DNA of 64,000 nt from Paramecium tetraurelia (Eukaryota): NCBI GenBank assembly GCA_000165425.1, contig CT868096.1, positions 310,001 through 374,000 of the forward strand, in the 5' to 3' direction. Positions 43,300 to 55,518 of this stretch are shown in pieces. The notes beneath the pieces are model-generated. The model worked only from the letters and a program-made list of their open reading frames with translations, had not been told where the DNA came from and did no database searches. Position 1 is the stretch's first letter. Every line of letters begins with the position of its first letter. Both the position numbers and the translations under genes were made by a program.

Positions 43300-44278
43300 T
43301 CATTATCTAATTCTAAGATTTGACGTTAAAATACTTTGATTTGGATCTTGATTTTGAATTTATTTGGTTTATCTACCTCTTAGTTAAGCAAGCGATATTG
43401 CTTGTGTTAAACATTTTTGACTCTCTTAGTATGTAACTTCTTATCCTTAGTAATTCTCTTCAGAATATATTGTCACTTAGTATCCTTCAGGTAAATAGAT
43501 GGATTTGATATCATATTAAAAATCCCTAAAATTTGGCTTAATTTTACTCAACTTCCTTCAAAGATTCACAAATTGGTAAGCTTTCTCCTTAGAAATCACA
43601 TTTTGAATAAATCACAATACAATCTTCTTATTTCTCTTAAACGCTTATATTTGCTTAATTGCCATCCTATTCTGCTGTATCTAAAGCTCTAAATTTATGA
43701 AATTATTTACAAGTAAGTTCTCATACCATCATAAGAATCAATTTGATTTCCTAATGAATCATAAACTTAGTTTTCATTTCGAATAGGCCTTTAATTTAAT
43801 AATGAAATACGTACAATTCTAAACTAGCTGATAAATAATGATTATCATTATCTTAATCTTTTGATTCTTCCTAAACTTATGTATCTTCAGGGAATTCATA
43901 AGGGAGAGAATTTTCCATATCCAACATTGGATCAATTTCTGCATCTGTTGAAACTAATTATTAAGCCCCTTCTTATGTAGAGACTTACAAATTGTTGGAA
44001 TCATCACTAACATTGAGTTAGCTATTAGAATTTTGATCTTAATTATTTTAGACAAGTGGCTCAGATTTAAAATTTTAGGTGTTATCAGCTTAATTTGATA
44101 CAAAATGACCGTCAATATCAATATAGCCTTATAATTGTTAATGTTATTCAATTTATTGAGATTCTTCTTTTTTAGTTTCATAAACTAATGTAGGAATTGG
44201 ATTTTCTTAAATTTCATTTAATGCTTAATTTTAAGAGAATGCTAAGCCAATGAACAGGGCTATTAGAACTATTTTCAT
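43300..44278 (-). CDS. Secreted protein with C-terminal beta/gamma-crystallin domain
   Basis: Signal peptide MKIVLIALFIGLAFS; C-terminal YSKCDFQGE...DIKSIYLPEGYQVTIYSEENYQGQ Greek-key signature; short intron near 43525-43547. Confidence 0.75.
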
Positions 44279-44317
44279 TAAAAATAAAATATATATATAA
44301 TAAAGATAAAACGGATA

Positions 44318-45342
44318 TCATTTACTTAATTTAATTATCTCTTCTTCGATATCATTAAAGCATTCTTAAATCTATTATTTCATTGATCTTAATCGTAACA
44401 ATTTGTCACCATCTACATTATTTTGTAATTAATTTTGCATTTTATTTCTTAAAGTTTATATTATATCCAAATCTTAATTCAATTTTTACATGGATCTTTA
44501 ACTATTTTGATAACTCAAATCTTGGACACTGCTGGTCAACTTGTCTTTTGCAGTTTAAATTCTTTTCAAGAATCTGTAAACATATTTTCTTAATATATTA
44601 CTTTTGCATTTCTTGAATTTCATGTTATATATTAGATATCTCATCTGTAACATATTCCTGATAGTACTGATTGAATGTTTTGTTTTCATTTTGACAACTA
44701 TTTTAAAATTCTTCTTTTTAAATTTATTTAATTCTTTTATCTATTTGACATAATGATGCTTTTAACGAAATTTCTTAATAATCTTCAAAATTTTGTGTGC
44801 TGTATTGGTGATTTTGATAAATCATTTCATCCTTATTATAAATTCCATGCTGTTGCTTTTATTTAATGGATTCATAAAAATCTTTATTGGAATAAAACTA
44901 CTATTAAGACAGTGATTAATCTGTTAAGGATAATTTAAATATGTCATCAACGGTATCAGAATCTTGTTTACCAGAAAATTCCTATAAGAAAGGTTTTTTG
45001 ATGGATCGCTAGTTCTATATCTGATGAGTATCGTAATAGTTATTTTTACTAATAAACACTCTGTAATCTTAATCATCAGAATAATTGCCATGTTAGATGA
45101 GACTAGATTATCTTTTATCTTCATATATTGATTCAGCAGTCTGGCAATCTGGATTAATCTTAGAAGAAGAAACAGATTTCAAAGTTTACACTTTTTGATT
45201 ATTCATCATCATATCTAACTTTTATCGAATTTTAAATGAATTATACTTTTATTTACTCAATAGTATTTAAATGTTTCCTCAGTTCCAATTTTCCACATCT
45301 ACATCTATTTAACCAGTCTTGAATTTCTCTATTTGTTTTCAT
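44318..45342 (-). CDS. Hypothetical Q/N/K-rich protein
   Basis: ATG 45342; a 28-nt intron (~45219-45246) joins it in frame to the long ORF, which ends ...IEEEIIKLSK-TGA. Confidence 0.6.
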
Positions 45343-45763
45343 TTTTTTAACGTAACAATTATTTAATAATTATATATATTATTTTATTATCCATACGTAA
45401 ATAAGATTAATTTTGATATAACTAAAGGATGCTGATAAGTAATCAAGATTGATCAAGTTGGTATTGCAGTATTCCGTTGCCCTTATTAATAATTTATTCT
45501 CATAAATTTATATTAATTTGTTATATATTTATTCATCATTAATTCTTGATTATCCAAACTAATTCTTAAATTTTTGCTAATTTATGAACGATTATTTTAT
45601 TACAGTTAACCCTTAAAATTTCAATTTTCAACAATTCTGTTATATGGAAAATAAACAAATACGAGGAAAGGATCTTGGAGAGATATAGATAAATACATAT
45701 TTGATTGACTTCTAACAAATTCATCACTCAAAATTCATATATTATAAATCCGTTTTTATTAAT

Positions 45764-46423
45764 ATGTAAAAATTATATATTTTAGCACTCTTAGTGGTAA
45801 TCGGAACAGCTCAAGAGAGTTTTCTTGAAAAACAAAAGCATGTCAAATAATAGAAGGATTTATCAACTGAAATATATACTATTAAAAAATAAGGATTACC
45901 AACATTTTTGGGAAGAAGCTCAGATGAATCAATCAAAGAGTAATTGTCATCACTTTTGAATTACGAAGAAGCATTATTATTAACACCATCTGAAGAGACC
46001 GATCATACAATTAAATTCATTGAATCTATGTATATTATTGATCAACCAAATCCTAATGCAGTAAGAGCAACAGAAAAACCTAATTATTCATTTGATGAAC
46101 CAAAACCATAAAAAAAGGTTTACAACAATGATAAAGTAACATCATTTAAAGAGGGTTGTATTTATGTTTTTAGCGAATGCAATTTTAAGGGAGAACATGC
46201 TAAATCATGCCCAGGAGATAATGTTACATTTTTTGGATTACCATTTGAAGTTTTATCCATTCATGTACCAGATGGAGGATCATTGAGTCTTATTTAAGAA
46301 AATGGAACCACTGCCTACACTGTTTCCAATAAATGCATGAGAAGCAGACCAATTGAATTCCTATTTGTTGAAGGAGCAATCTAATAATCATTTGGAAATG
46401 GCGAAATATTCATTGACTAATGA
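45764..46423 (+). CDS. Secreted protein with C-terminal beta/gamma-crystallin domain
   Basis: Intronless, 220 codons; signal peptide MQKLYILALLVVIGTA; GCIYVFSECNFKGE...VLSIHVPDG crystallin-type motif. Confidence 0.75.
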
Positions 46424-46833
46424 AAATCAATATATTCATAAGAAATATGATTTTATTCTTGAAAAACACTTTATTCTTTTTCTATTAATTACTTCTTGTC
46501 TGATTTGTAAAAATTTCTAAGAATAAATTTTTTAACTATTCTTTAAGTTGTTAACAAAGATTCATTCAAAAATGAACCTATTCTTCAATTAATATTAGTG
46601 TCTAAGTTCTTGATTGAGAAACAATTCCTAACTCATTTATGTCTCTATTTGAAAATTTAGTTTGCATAGCTTTGATTTTTTCGACAAACAAATTTATGTC
46701 AAATCTAATTACAAAAAATCCTTGGAGAAACAAAAACATACTTCTACCAATAGAATTTATGTCAAAAGAAGATAGAATCGGCAAATAAGACCGATTAAAT
46801 TATAAAGAAATGAAATTTTATTAATATTCTATT

Positions 46834-46888
46834 ATACTTCATAAGAAGTATCAAAATGTGTTCTATCTAAATACTTCATAAGAAGTAT
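46834..46888. repeat. Two direct copies of an 18-bp hairpin ATACTTC-ATAA-GAAGTAT
   Basis: Exact copies at 46834-46851 and 46871-46888; each is a 7-bp inverted repeat with a 4-nt loop. The second overlaps the PP6 stop codon. Confidence 0.9.
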
Positions 46889-47893
46889 GGCAAAACACTC
46901 TTGGGATTAACGCTCTTGGCACTTTCAGGGACTTCTTTGAATGTCTTCCAAGTTTAATTCAAGTTTTCATCCAAACACAATATTGAGGCTATGTTGCCAC
47001 ATCTGTAACAATAATTTGGTGCTGACCACACTGTTACTAAGTTTTAGTCCTAAGAATATATAATATATCATACTGGGAACCAATACTTATATCCTTCCAT
47101 TACTAATTAATGTGCTCTACATATCAAAGTGAGATCATTAAGTCGGCAAAACTCCTTTGTCACTTTGGCTCCGAAGAGATAACCAGCTCCTCTGGAATTA
47201 ACTGCCCAATATTCTACTTCTTCAGGATCAGACCACATCAGATCACAAAAGGGTCCCTCATGAGGTATTTCAATCTAAAATGGGAGAAATTATAATAATT
47301 TAAAAATACTTTTCTATCGATTGTTCTTATCTAATCAATTGTTCTCATGTCTGGGGATAAACCACCGTGGACACATAATATCTATCCCTCTATTAGAGCA
47401 CCTAATGGCAGGCAGTCAAAGACCTCCATAAATAATCTCCATGGACTGCTGTTTCCATATTTACGTAGTAACTCTTCATAAAACCCGTAAACTTGAGTGC
47501 ATTAACGGGATTCATGATTTCCTCTGAGTAACATAATGTTCCCAGGGTATTTTACTGAAAATAATAAAAAAGATTACCTTTTAAACATAATAGGTATTCC
47601 ATTGTTTCAACTGAATTATAGCCTCTATCAACAAAATCCCCAATAAAGATATAGTTTGATGAAGGAATGTCTCCTCCTTCTTTCATTAAAGCTTGCAAAT
47701 CGTAGAATTGTCCTATATATTTAAAACATTCCTTACCATGTATATCCCCACAAACATTAACTGGAGCCCGAACAGGTTAAACGTTTGATTCTTCAAGAAA
47801 GATTTCCTTTGCTCGGTCACAAATCAATTTAAGATCTCTTTCTGGTAAACAACCTCCACTTAAAAGTGTTGCAATATGCCTATCAATATCCAT
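46876..47893 (-). CDS. PPP6C: Ser/Thr protein phosphatase catalytic subunit, PP6/Sit4 type
   Basis: [61 protein letters not shown]-terminal PYFL; several 20-25-nt introns. Confidence 0.9.
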
Positions 47894-48196
47894 ATTTTTC
47901 CAAAATTTATAATTAAAATAATCCTTCGCATACTTGTTCTTAATTAGTTAAATAATTAAAATTAAAGATTAGAATCCTATCAAATCTTATATAATTTTTT
48001 ATAAACAAATTTTTGCTTTTCTCTCAAATATTATTAACTTTATAAATAATATTTTCATTTTTCCTCACTTTTATATTTATTTGCTTGATCTCTATCAAAA
48101 ACTTAAAGGTAAGACATTACGCTTATTACACAATTAATGATAAATTATATTTTCAATCTTTTGTAATTATTAATTTATATTTATTTCTTTAAAAAA

Positions 48197-48941
48197 ATGG
48201 AAGAGAATAGGGATCTTAAAATATTAGTAGTAGGAAATTCTAGTGTTGGTAAAACAAGCTTGATTGTCAAATATAAAACTAATCAATTCTCCCCATAAAC
48301 CAGTGGAACAATGGGAGTAGATATGTCGATTGATAAGAATGTGAAAATTAATAATAACCTATATGATGTTGCTATTTGGGACACAGCTGGTCAAGAGAGA
48401 TTCTAATCAATAGTGAAAATTTCATCCCAAGTATTTTTAGTTCATTTATTTGTAGAATGCACATGCTTCTCTAATATGCTTTGATTTGAGTGACCCTTTG
48501 TCATTAGATAGCGTTGCATCCTGGATTTAATTCTTGAAATCTGAAGGACCTTAAAATCTGCAGATTATAATTGTGGGTACTAAAAAAGATCTGCAGGGAT
48601 AATATACATAAGATTAATTAAAATCAATTTCTACAGCTTGGAAAGCAAATTTTCAAGACGAATTTCCCATTCATTTAACCTCCTCAAAAACAGGAGAAGG
48701 AATCTAAGATGCTTTTAGATAGGCTTTTGAATTGGGAGCCAAAGCTAAGTATGATTTAAATGCCTAATAATAATAATAATAAAGCAATAATAAGAGTTTT
48801 AAAATAAGTACCTCTTAGTTAGTAAGAAGTTAACAGCCTTCAAATCAAAAAACAGAAGCAATAATTTCTAATACAACCACTCTCAGAGAAAGCTAAATGA
48901 ATTTTAATGACAATAAAACTACTCAGCAAGGTTGCTGCTGA
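48197..48941 (+). CDS. Divergent Rab-family GTPase
   Basis: GNSSVGKTS, WDTAGQERF, GTKKD, TSSKTG, poly-Q tail, C-terminal CC; intron 48431-48455. Confidence 0.9.
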
Positions 48942-48964
48942 ATTTATTTATATTATAATTAATA

Positions 48965-49613
48965 ATGAGAAACACTCAAATTAGTTCTAGTGGGGTAGTT
49001 AGGAGCAGGGAAAACTAGTCTCTTATAGTCTCATAGATAATAAGAGTTCCGAGCTCATAATGCGCCGACAGTGGCTGTAGACTTTGCTGGAGTTAAAAAT
49101 GTACAAGTTAATGGGAGGCTTTATGATATTTCCATCTGGGACACAGCGGGTTAAGAGAAATTTAGATCAATAACGAGGATGTCATTATAAGTAAGAAAGT
49201 GACAAAAATAATAGAATGCTGATGTTGCAATTCTTTGTTTTGATTTGAGTGACCCTGATTCATATAGACATATATAAGGATGGATAGACTTTTTACAGGT
49301 GAATTGCGTTTCTGAAATGGGAATTATAATTGTGGGAACAAAAATGGATTTACCAACTTTTTATAATCAGGAAGATCTTTAAAAATTTCTCTAAACTTTA
49401 AATTCATAATAATAGTAGTTAAAATTATTTCTTACTTCTGCCAAGACTCGAGAGGGGATTGAAGAAACCTTCTAATACGCTTATGAATAGGGGGCTAAAA
49501 TCAAAATGAAGGCCTCACAAATGGAGAAATCAATTTTACTTGTTCCTCCTTAATCAACTAAGAAACACAAATCCTCTAATAGAAAATATTTTGAGGGTTG
49601 TTATTGTTGTTGA
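48965..49613 (+). CDS. Divergent Rab-family GTPase, tandem paralogue (ATG out of frame by +1 as assembled)
   Basis: GQLGAGKTS, WDTAGQEKF, GTKMD, TSAKT, C-terminal CYCC; intron at the same position as the upstream Rab; the start reads ATG-A-GAA-ACA-CTC. Confidence 0.8.
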
Positions 49614-49768
49614 TGTTGGGGGCAGTGATTCAATATATTTATTAGCGAATAGGAAATTGGTTCAGATTTGATATTTCCTTTTATATAAAAAAACACATTC
49701 CGTTTCTTCTGGGTTCTCATATAATTATAATGATTTAAGTCGTATTTTGTATTTATTAATTATTTTAA

Positions 49769-51329
49769 ATGACTGATCGAAAAGCTTGGAATTAAAAAGT
49801 AACAGCAAATAAAATTAAATCTCTAGGAGGATGCAGCTATATTACAACTAGTAAAACAGTACGGAATCAAGAAGTGGACGATAGTGGCCGAGAAGATGAA
49901 AGAAATCTATGGTTTATTTGGCCGTTCCGGAAAATAATGTAGAGAACGCTACCACAATCACCTTGACCCTACTATCAACAAAGACCCATGGAGTGAAAAT
50001 GAAGAGAGGGTCATCTTCATAGCCCACAAGGAGCACGGTAACAAATGGGTACAATATTTAAAATATTTGTAGGCTGAAATTGCGAAACTGTTACCAGGAA
50101 GAACTGATAATGCAATTAAAAATCATTTTTATTCAACCTTGAGAAGAAGCCTAAGAAGAATCAATAAATTAATCGGAGATAAGAACAGTAAATCATATAA
50201 AACTATATATAGTAAAGAAAAGGGTACTCAACAGATAAAAGATATAAAACCTGGAGTATTATCAAAGATTTTCATCCTGGCAGAGAAGAGTCCATCGGAA
50301 TTGAAGGACGACCATATGAAAAAGCTTTGTTAAGCTTGCAAAGGACTACAAGACTCTATCTTAGAATTTGCTTAATCTAAACAAAAATCTTAAATCAACT
50401 AATTTAACGAGGATAAGTTCAAATAATTGATTGATAAAATTATGGACTTCAAGTATATTATTTATTTATATGGTAGTGCTCTTTACACCAAACAAAGAGA
50501 AAGTAGATTGAAATTAAAAAAGAAGAATCACAAAAAGAGAAAGAGTAGAATCGATGATGATGATGACGACGATGACTATACAAGTGATTATAAATACGAA
50601 GAGATAAGTCATAAGTTCCCTTTAAAGAGATCTTCAAGACTAAATGCTAAGAAGAAAGTGGTATCAATTACATATTATCTAAAAGCATATCGACAAGGAA
50701 GATTATATTGATATTTGCATAAGAACCAAAAAAGGACCACTGTATACTATATTAAGAGATGAATTAGAAGTCTAACAAGTTGATTAAGAAGTATAAGAAT
50801 AAAATTAAATAAAATTAGGAACAATCTTCCGATTATCAATAGTAATATGCTTATGAATACCAGGGTACCAATAGCCCAAATAATCATTAATTTGCTCCAG
50901 CTTTTCATGTTTAGACTCCTAGACAAATTTTATTTTAAAGACCTACAAACCAATATTAGGATGACGGCATTCATGGCGAAGAAGCTGCAATAAGTAAATC
51001 TAATTTTGTCCCTATTGTGATAACTAAACAGTATACTTAGTACAAGGACAAGACCCTTGAAAACTTAGCCTAATAACTATAATAAAAAATAAGTAAGGAT
51101 ATCAAGTATGATTTTAGATGCAAATGCTGAAAAATACATTCATAATCATCAATAGGATTCGGATTTAGAAATCAATATTGGAGATGCTTTCGAAATTCCT
51201 AAGGACTATAAATCACCATCAAGCAAATTCGGTATCGGTGGTTACAGTCCAAGTGCATTTAGAAAGTATAGAAAAAATTAAGAGTCAGGGTTAGTTAACT
51301 TCATGATAACACCTCGTCATTATAAATGA
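49769..51329 (+). CDS. R2R3-Myb transcription factor
   Basis: [64 protein letters not shown]; several short introns. Confidence 0.92.
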
Positions 51330-51390
51330 AATAAATTACCATATTTTCAAAACATTATTTATTTCTGTTTTTATAGAGTAATATACGAGA

Positions 51391-53204
51391 ATGGAGGATT
51401 AGGACCAAATGTTGTTAAAGAGTTTGCAACTTTAAGGTATTTAGATATCAACGCAATCTCTCCCTCAAGTAAGACTTACTTTTATGGATAGCTAACATGT
51501 GAAGACTTGATAAATATTTTCTTATAATTTTTTCAATTGAGTGGAACTTAGGCTTTTGAAATCAGCTCAATAAAATCAATCAAGAGTTCATTTAGAAAGG
51601 CAGGGAAGATTCAAGAGATGCTCTTTCCAATTGGTATTAGAATTGACATTCAATCCATTGTGAATCCTAATCCTTAAGAATCAAGAAAGATTATTGTAAG
51701 TTTGCTTGCCAAATTGAGTTAATCGAATAAAAAAGAAACTGGGGCTAAGCATCTCACATTCGAAGAGAGATTATAAGAGGAGAAGGCTACTTTTAGGACC
51801 AATTAAATATAGAATTTCTTTCAAGAATGGGTTAACCCCTCCTTATGTTCTTTTCCAGAAATTGAGTAACGATTCCTAAGATTGCATGTGCTCAATATTT
51901 TAAAGAAAGAGCCATTAATTAAGCAAGTAGCCAATAAAGGAGTAAGAAAACATTTATATCACTCAATTGTTAGAGTTATGGATCATCACTTATAAAAGAA
52001 GGATTTGGATTAGCCCCTCTAAGAGAGATTATAATTAATTAAGAAAATTAGGAGATCTGATGACCCTGACAGTGTTCTAGGGCAATTTAAAGGGTAATTC
52101 CAAGCTGAAGCTGAAAAGAATGATTGGGAAGATATCTAGAAAGGAAATAGATAATTGAAGAGAGCAATCAAATTATTAAAAGAAGAAGATAAGGAAGAGG
52201 AGCAAGCAAGAAAATAAAAGGAAGATGAAAATCAAGGTTTGTTCAATCTAGAAATACAATTTTAAGAAGAGGTAAAAGAAATCTAATAAGAAATTTAAGA
52301 CACTTAAGAAGCAAAATCGGAGATTAGCGCTTTGCTTGAAGATATTTAGACTAAATTGATAGAACAATAAAAGATATATGACAAGTTATAAAAAAGGAGA
52401 TAAAAATTGGAAGATGTAAATTAGAAATCTTAAGATACTTATTCACAATTACAATCTGAAAATAAGGATAAGTAATAAGAATTAGAAAGTGCACATTCTA
52501 TTCTATAATAAATTGAGTCAAAGAAAGGGAATGATCCAGAAATTCAATAACTTGAATAAGAAATTGAAAACATCAGGATCGAATGGGAAAAAGAAAAAGT
52601 CTTATAGTAAAATGAAGCTGATGATTTGGCTCAATAAGTTTAAGATAGAAAATTAAAATTGGAATAGATCTAAGATAAAATGAGGAGATTGTAAGAGGAG
52701 AACCAAATGATCAGAAATCAGGGAAGAGTCAATTTAGAATACAAAGAGAAATTATTAGTTGATCTTTAAAATTAGCCCAAAGAAATTGCAAGAAATCAAT
52801 ACATTAAAAAAATTGTGGATTTGAAGAGTCAATTGGAAAAACAAAAAGCAGAATATCTAAAATAAGCCAAAGAATTATCTTAATTAGAAGATTCATTATA
52901 ATTTTAAGACAATATGATCAATAGGTATTGCATTGAGATTGAGAATCTCATTAATCAGGATCCTAAGAAATCAGAGACAGTGGTTAAATAAATTTAAAAA
53001 TAATATTCAGATTATAAAATTGTTTATAAGCAATGTGCTGAATCTATGCGTAATATTGGAGAAAAGAGAATTCAAATATATGATACAGAATTAAAAATGG
53101 AGGATATTTTACTTAAGGGATACAAAAAGAATGTAGAAAAACTAAGATAAGATTTAACAGATATTTAAGCGGAAAATAAAAATCTAGAAAAACAGAGAAG
53201 ATGA
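51391..53204 (+). CDS. CCDC22: CCDC22-like coiled-coil protein (CCC/Commander complex, DUF812)
   Basis: N-terminus MEDQDQMLLKSLQLQG..; C-terminal PKEIARNQYIKKIVDLKSQLEKQKAE resembles CCDC22 PRDVSRLAYTQRILEIVGNIRKQKEE; one 23-nt intron, 597 codons. Confidence 0.75.
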
Positions 53205-53248
53205 TTATTTATTAATGAATTTTAGAGCATTATTAATTTTAATATTAA

Positions 53249-53744
53249 ATGACTGAAAAATATTGGCAAAGATATAAAGAAACTCATGATAAGGATCCTC
53301 TAAATACAAACGAATTATGGGTTAGAGTCAAGTAGGATTTAAAAAGAAGAGAAAAGCCAAAGCATCATCTTGAATTGTATTCCTATTGCAGAACCGAGAA
53401 TCCTTATATAAAATAAATTAAGAGCTCTCCAAATATCACAATGGAGACAGTGGCAGAATTAATTTGCAGATAATCAGCATGTGAATTGTAGTATTGTATG
53501 AGTCTCCAAAAATTGGCAGTGGAAAATAGCAGATCTAAAATAGAGTAACAGTAAAATGCAATCAAATAGTTTATAGGGATGTCGAGATCAATACAAAACT
53601 ATGACCACTTGCATTATGAATGAGAAGACTAGAATAAAATAAAAGGAAGAAGAATTAAGAAATCTTGTATTAGGTTTAGAATAACCAGAAATTAAATAAG
53701 AGCCTTAAAAATAACATCTTCTTAAGGAAGAACCTGTTATGTGA
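53249..53744 (+). CDS. Twin CX9C protein, CMC4/MTCP1-like (mitochondrial intermembrane space candidate)
   Basis: CRQSACELQYC ... CRDQYKTMTTC (two CX9C motifs, the first with the extra internal Cys seen in CMC4); one 25-nt intron. Confidence 0.65.
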
Positions 53745-54062
53745 TTATTAATTGTTAAATTTATTTAATACAATCAATTATTTTAGGAAATAATTTGGAC
53801 AATCTTTAGATAATTAAAGAGGTCATTATCTTACTAAAAAGATCATTGAAAATCAGAAAATAAAGAAAGTTTCCATAATCAAATCTAAAATAACAAGATA
53901 AACACTTCCATTTTAGATAATTAGCACAGCTATAAATAAAAGTTGTTAATCCGCAATTAAATTTTAATAAACATACTCAAAATTCTTAATACGGACTATA
54001 TAGAGTAATCATATAAAATTAAATGATTGAATACATTAATATAATTTGTTCATATAATTTTT

Positions 54063-55359
54063 TCATTTTAAATTTGTTTTCTTTCCTTCTCTTTTTCCAT
54101 TAGTTCTTACTTATCTTAAATAATTCTTCTCATTGGACCTTCTACAAAGTCTTATAATTATTATATCGACATCTTAATATACAAATAGTAAATACTTTAT
54201 CCAAAGTTGAATGTTCATTTATATAACTTTCAAAACCTTTAAAGTATAATTCGAAACCATCGTTTGAGAGAGTATCTCTTAATACTTAGCAGGATTACTG
54301 ATTATTCAGACTGCCTACGTTGTTAGTATCTCTTTTAAGAAAATACCTCTTGACAATAGATTTGCAAATGTCTACTCCCTAAGCCAATGATAAGAAATTA
54401 AACCATTCCTAATATGATTGCTTACTAAATTACTTATAGAGAAATGCTTCCACTCTTATCTTTATCTAATTAGGCAAACCTTTTTTTGGCATCTTTAATT
54501 ATGATCCCTTCAAATCCATAAATTAAGTAAGGCAATTCTCTCACAGATATAGTACCATCATCATTGATATCAGTTGCCTTGAATGCTGACCAAGCATAAT
54601 TGATTTCATCCTTGACTCTATCAGAAACTAGTTTCTTTCTTTGTAATAGTTGACTGTAGCTTTCTTCAGCTTAGTTAATGTAGTCTTAAATCCATTTCTC
54701 TTGATCCCGTTTGAACAAGGCTTTAGAATCGAAAATCTCTCGAGTTCTTCTCTTAGCATTTTAATAGGTTTGAGTTAAGGCATATTTTAATAAAAAATCC
54801 TAAAGTTGATAGTTGTTATCCAACCAATAATATAGTTCTTCATATGAGATGGTACGATCTAGATTTTTGTCTATTTCAATAAAAATGGCATCAACATAAT
54901 ATTCAATATCAGTAAATCCAGGAGGTTTCATCTTGACAATTTTGCACAATGCTCTGATGGCTGTTTAGAAAATCATGATAAGTTCGATCTTTTCAAGCTT
55001 TTGAGATTTGTCCAAATCGAATACTTAACTTATGTATTTGACCTTAGTAGCAAAATCGGTATCAGAAAAAATGATCTAATTCTAAAAGTATCACTTACTA
55101 AAACTGCTTGACTCTCATAGATATCTGTTTAGCCATCTGTACTATGATTATTCTCGAGAGTCTCAAACATTTCACCACAATGTTATTTAAGTATGTCATG
55201 ATAGACATCAAAGAATTCACCCAAGGATAACAAATTAGTTGCTGGGTAATTTTATTGTACATATTTGGAAACCTTTTGAATTTCAGGTAAGTTTAGTTAT
55301 CTTAAAAATTGTAATAATCCCTAATTTGGATTTGCTTGTTGGTTGAAGTAATTACCCAT
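54063..55359 (-). CDS. Putatively myristoylated multi-EF-hand Ca2+-binding protein (calcineurin-B/NCS-like N-terminal half)
   Basis: MGN start; EF loops FDLDKSQKLEKIEL, IDKNLDRTISYEEL, TDINDDGTISVREL, DTNNVGSLN; short intron near 55057-55079. Confidence 0.8.
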
Positions 55360-55518
55360 TTATTTATTAATTAATTCAGTCTACGATTATGGGAAAACCT
55401 AATAATACTATCAATTGTTTAATCGATAAAATAATATTATACTCATTTCACTATCATCTTGAATTAAAAACATCTATTTTCTATTAGGTGAACATCTATA
55501 TATTATTAATTAATTATT

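Noticed and set aside
48765..48782. TAA microsatellite resembling stacked stop codons
   Set aside because: It is an in-frame poly-Gln tract in the Rab hypervariable tail.
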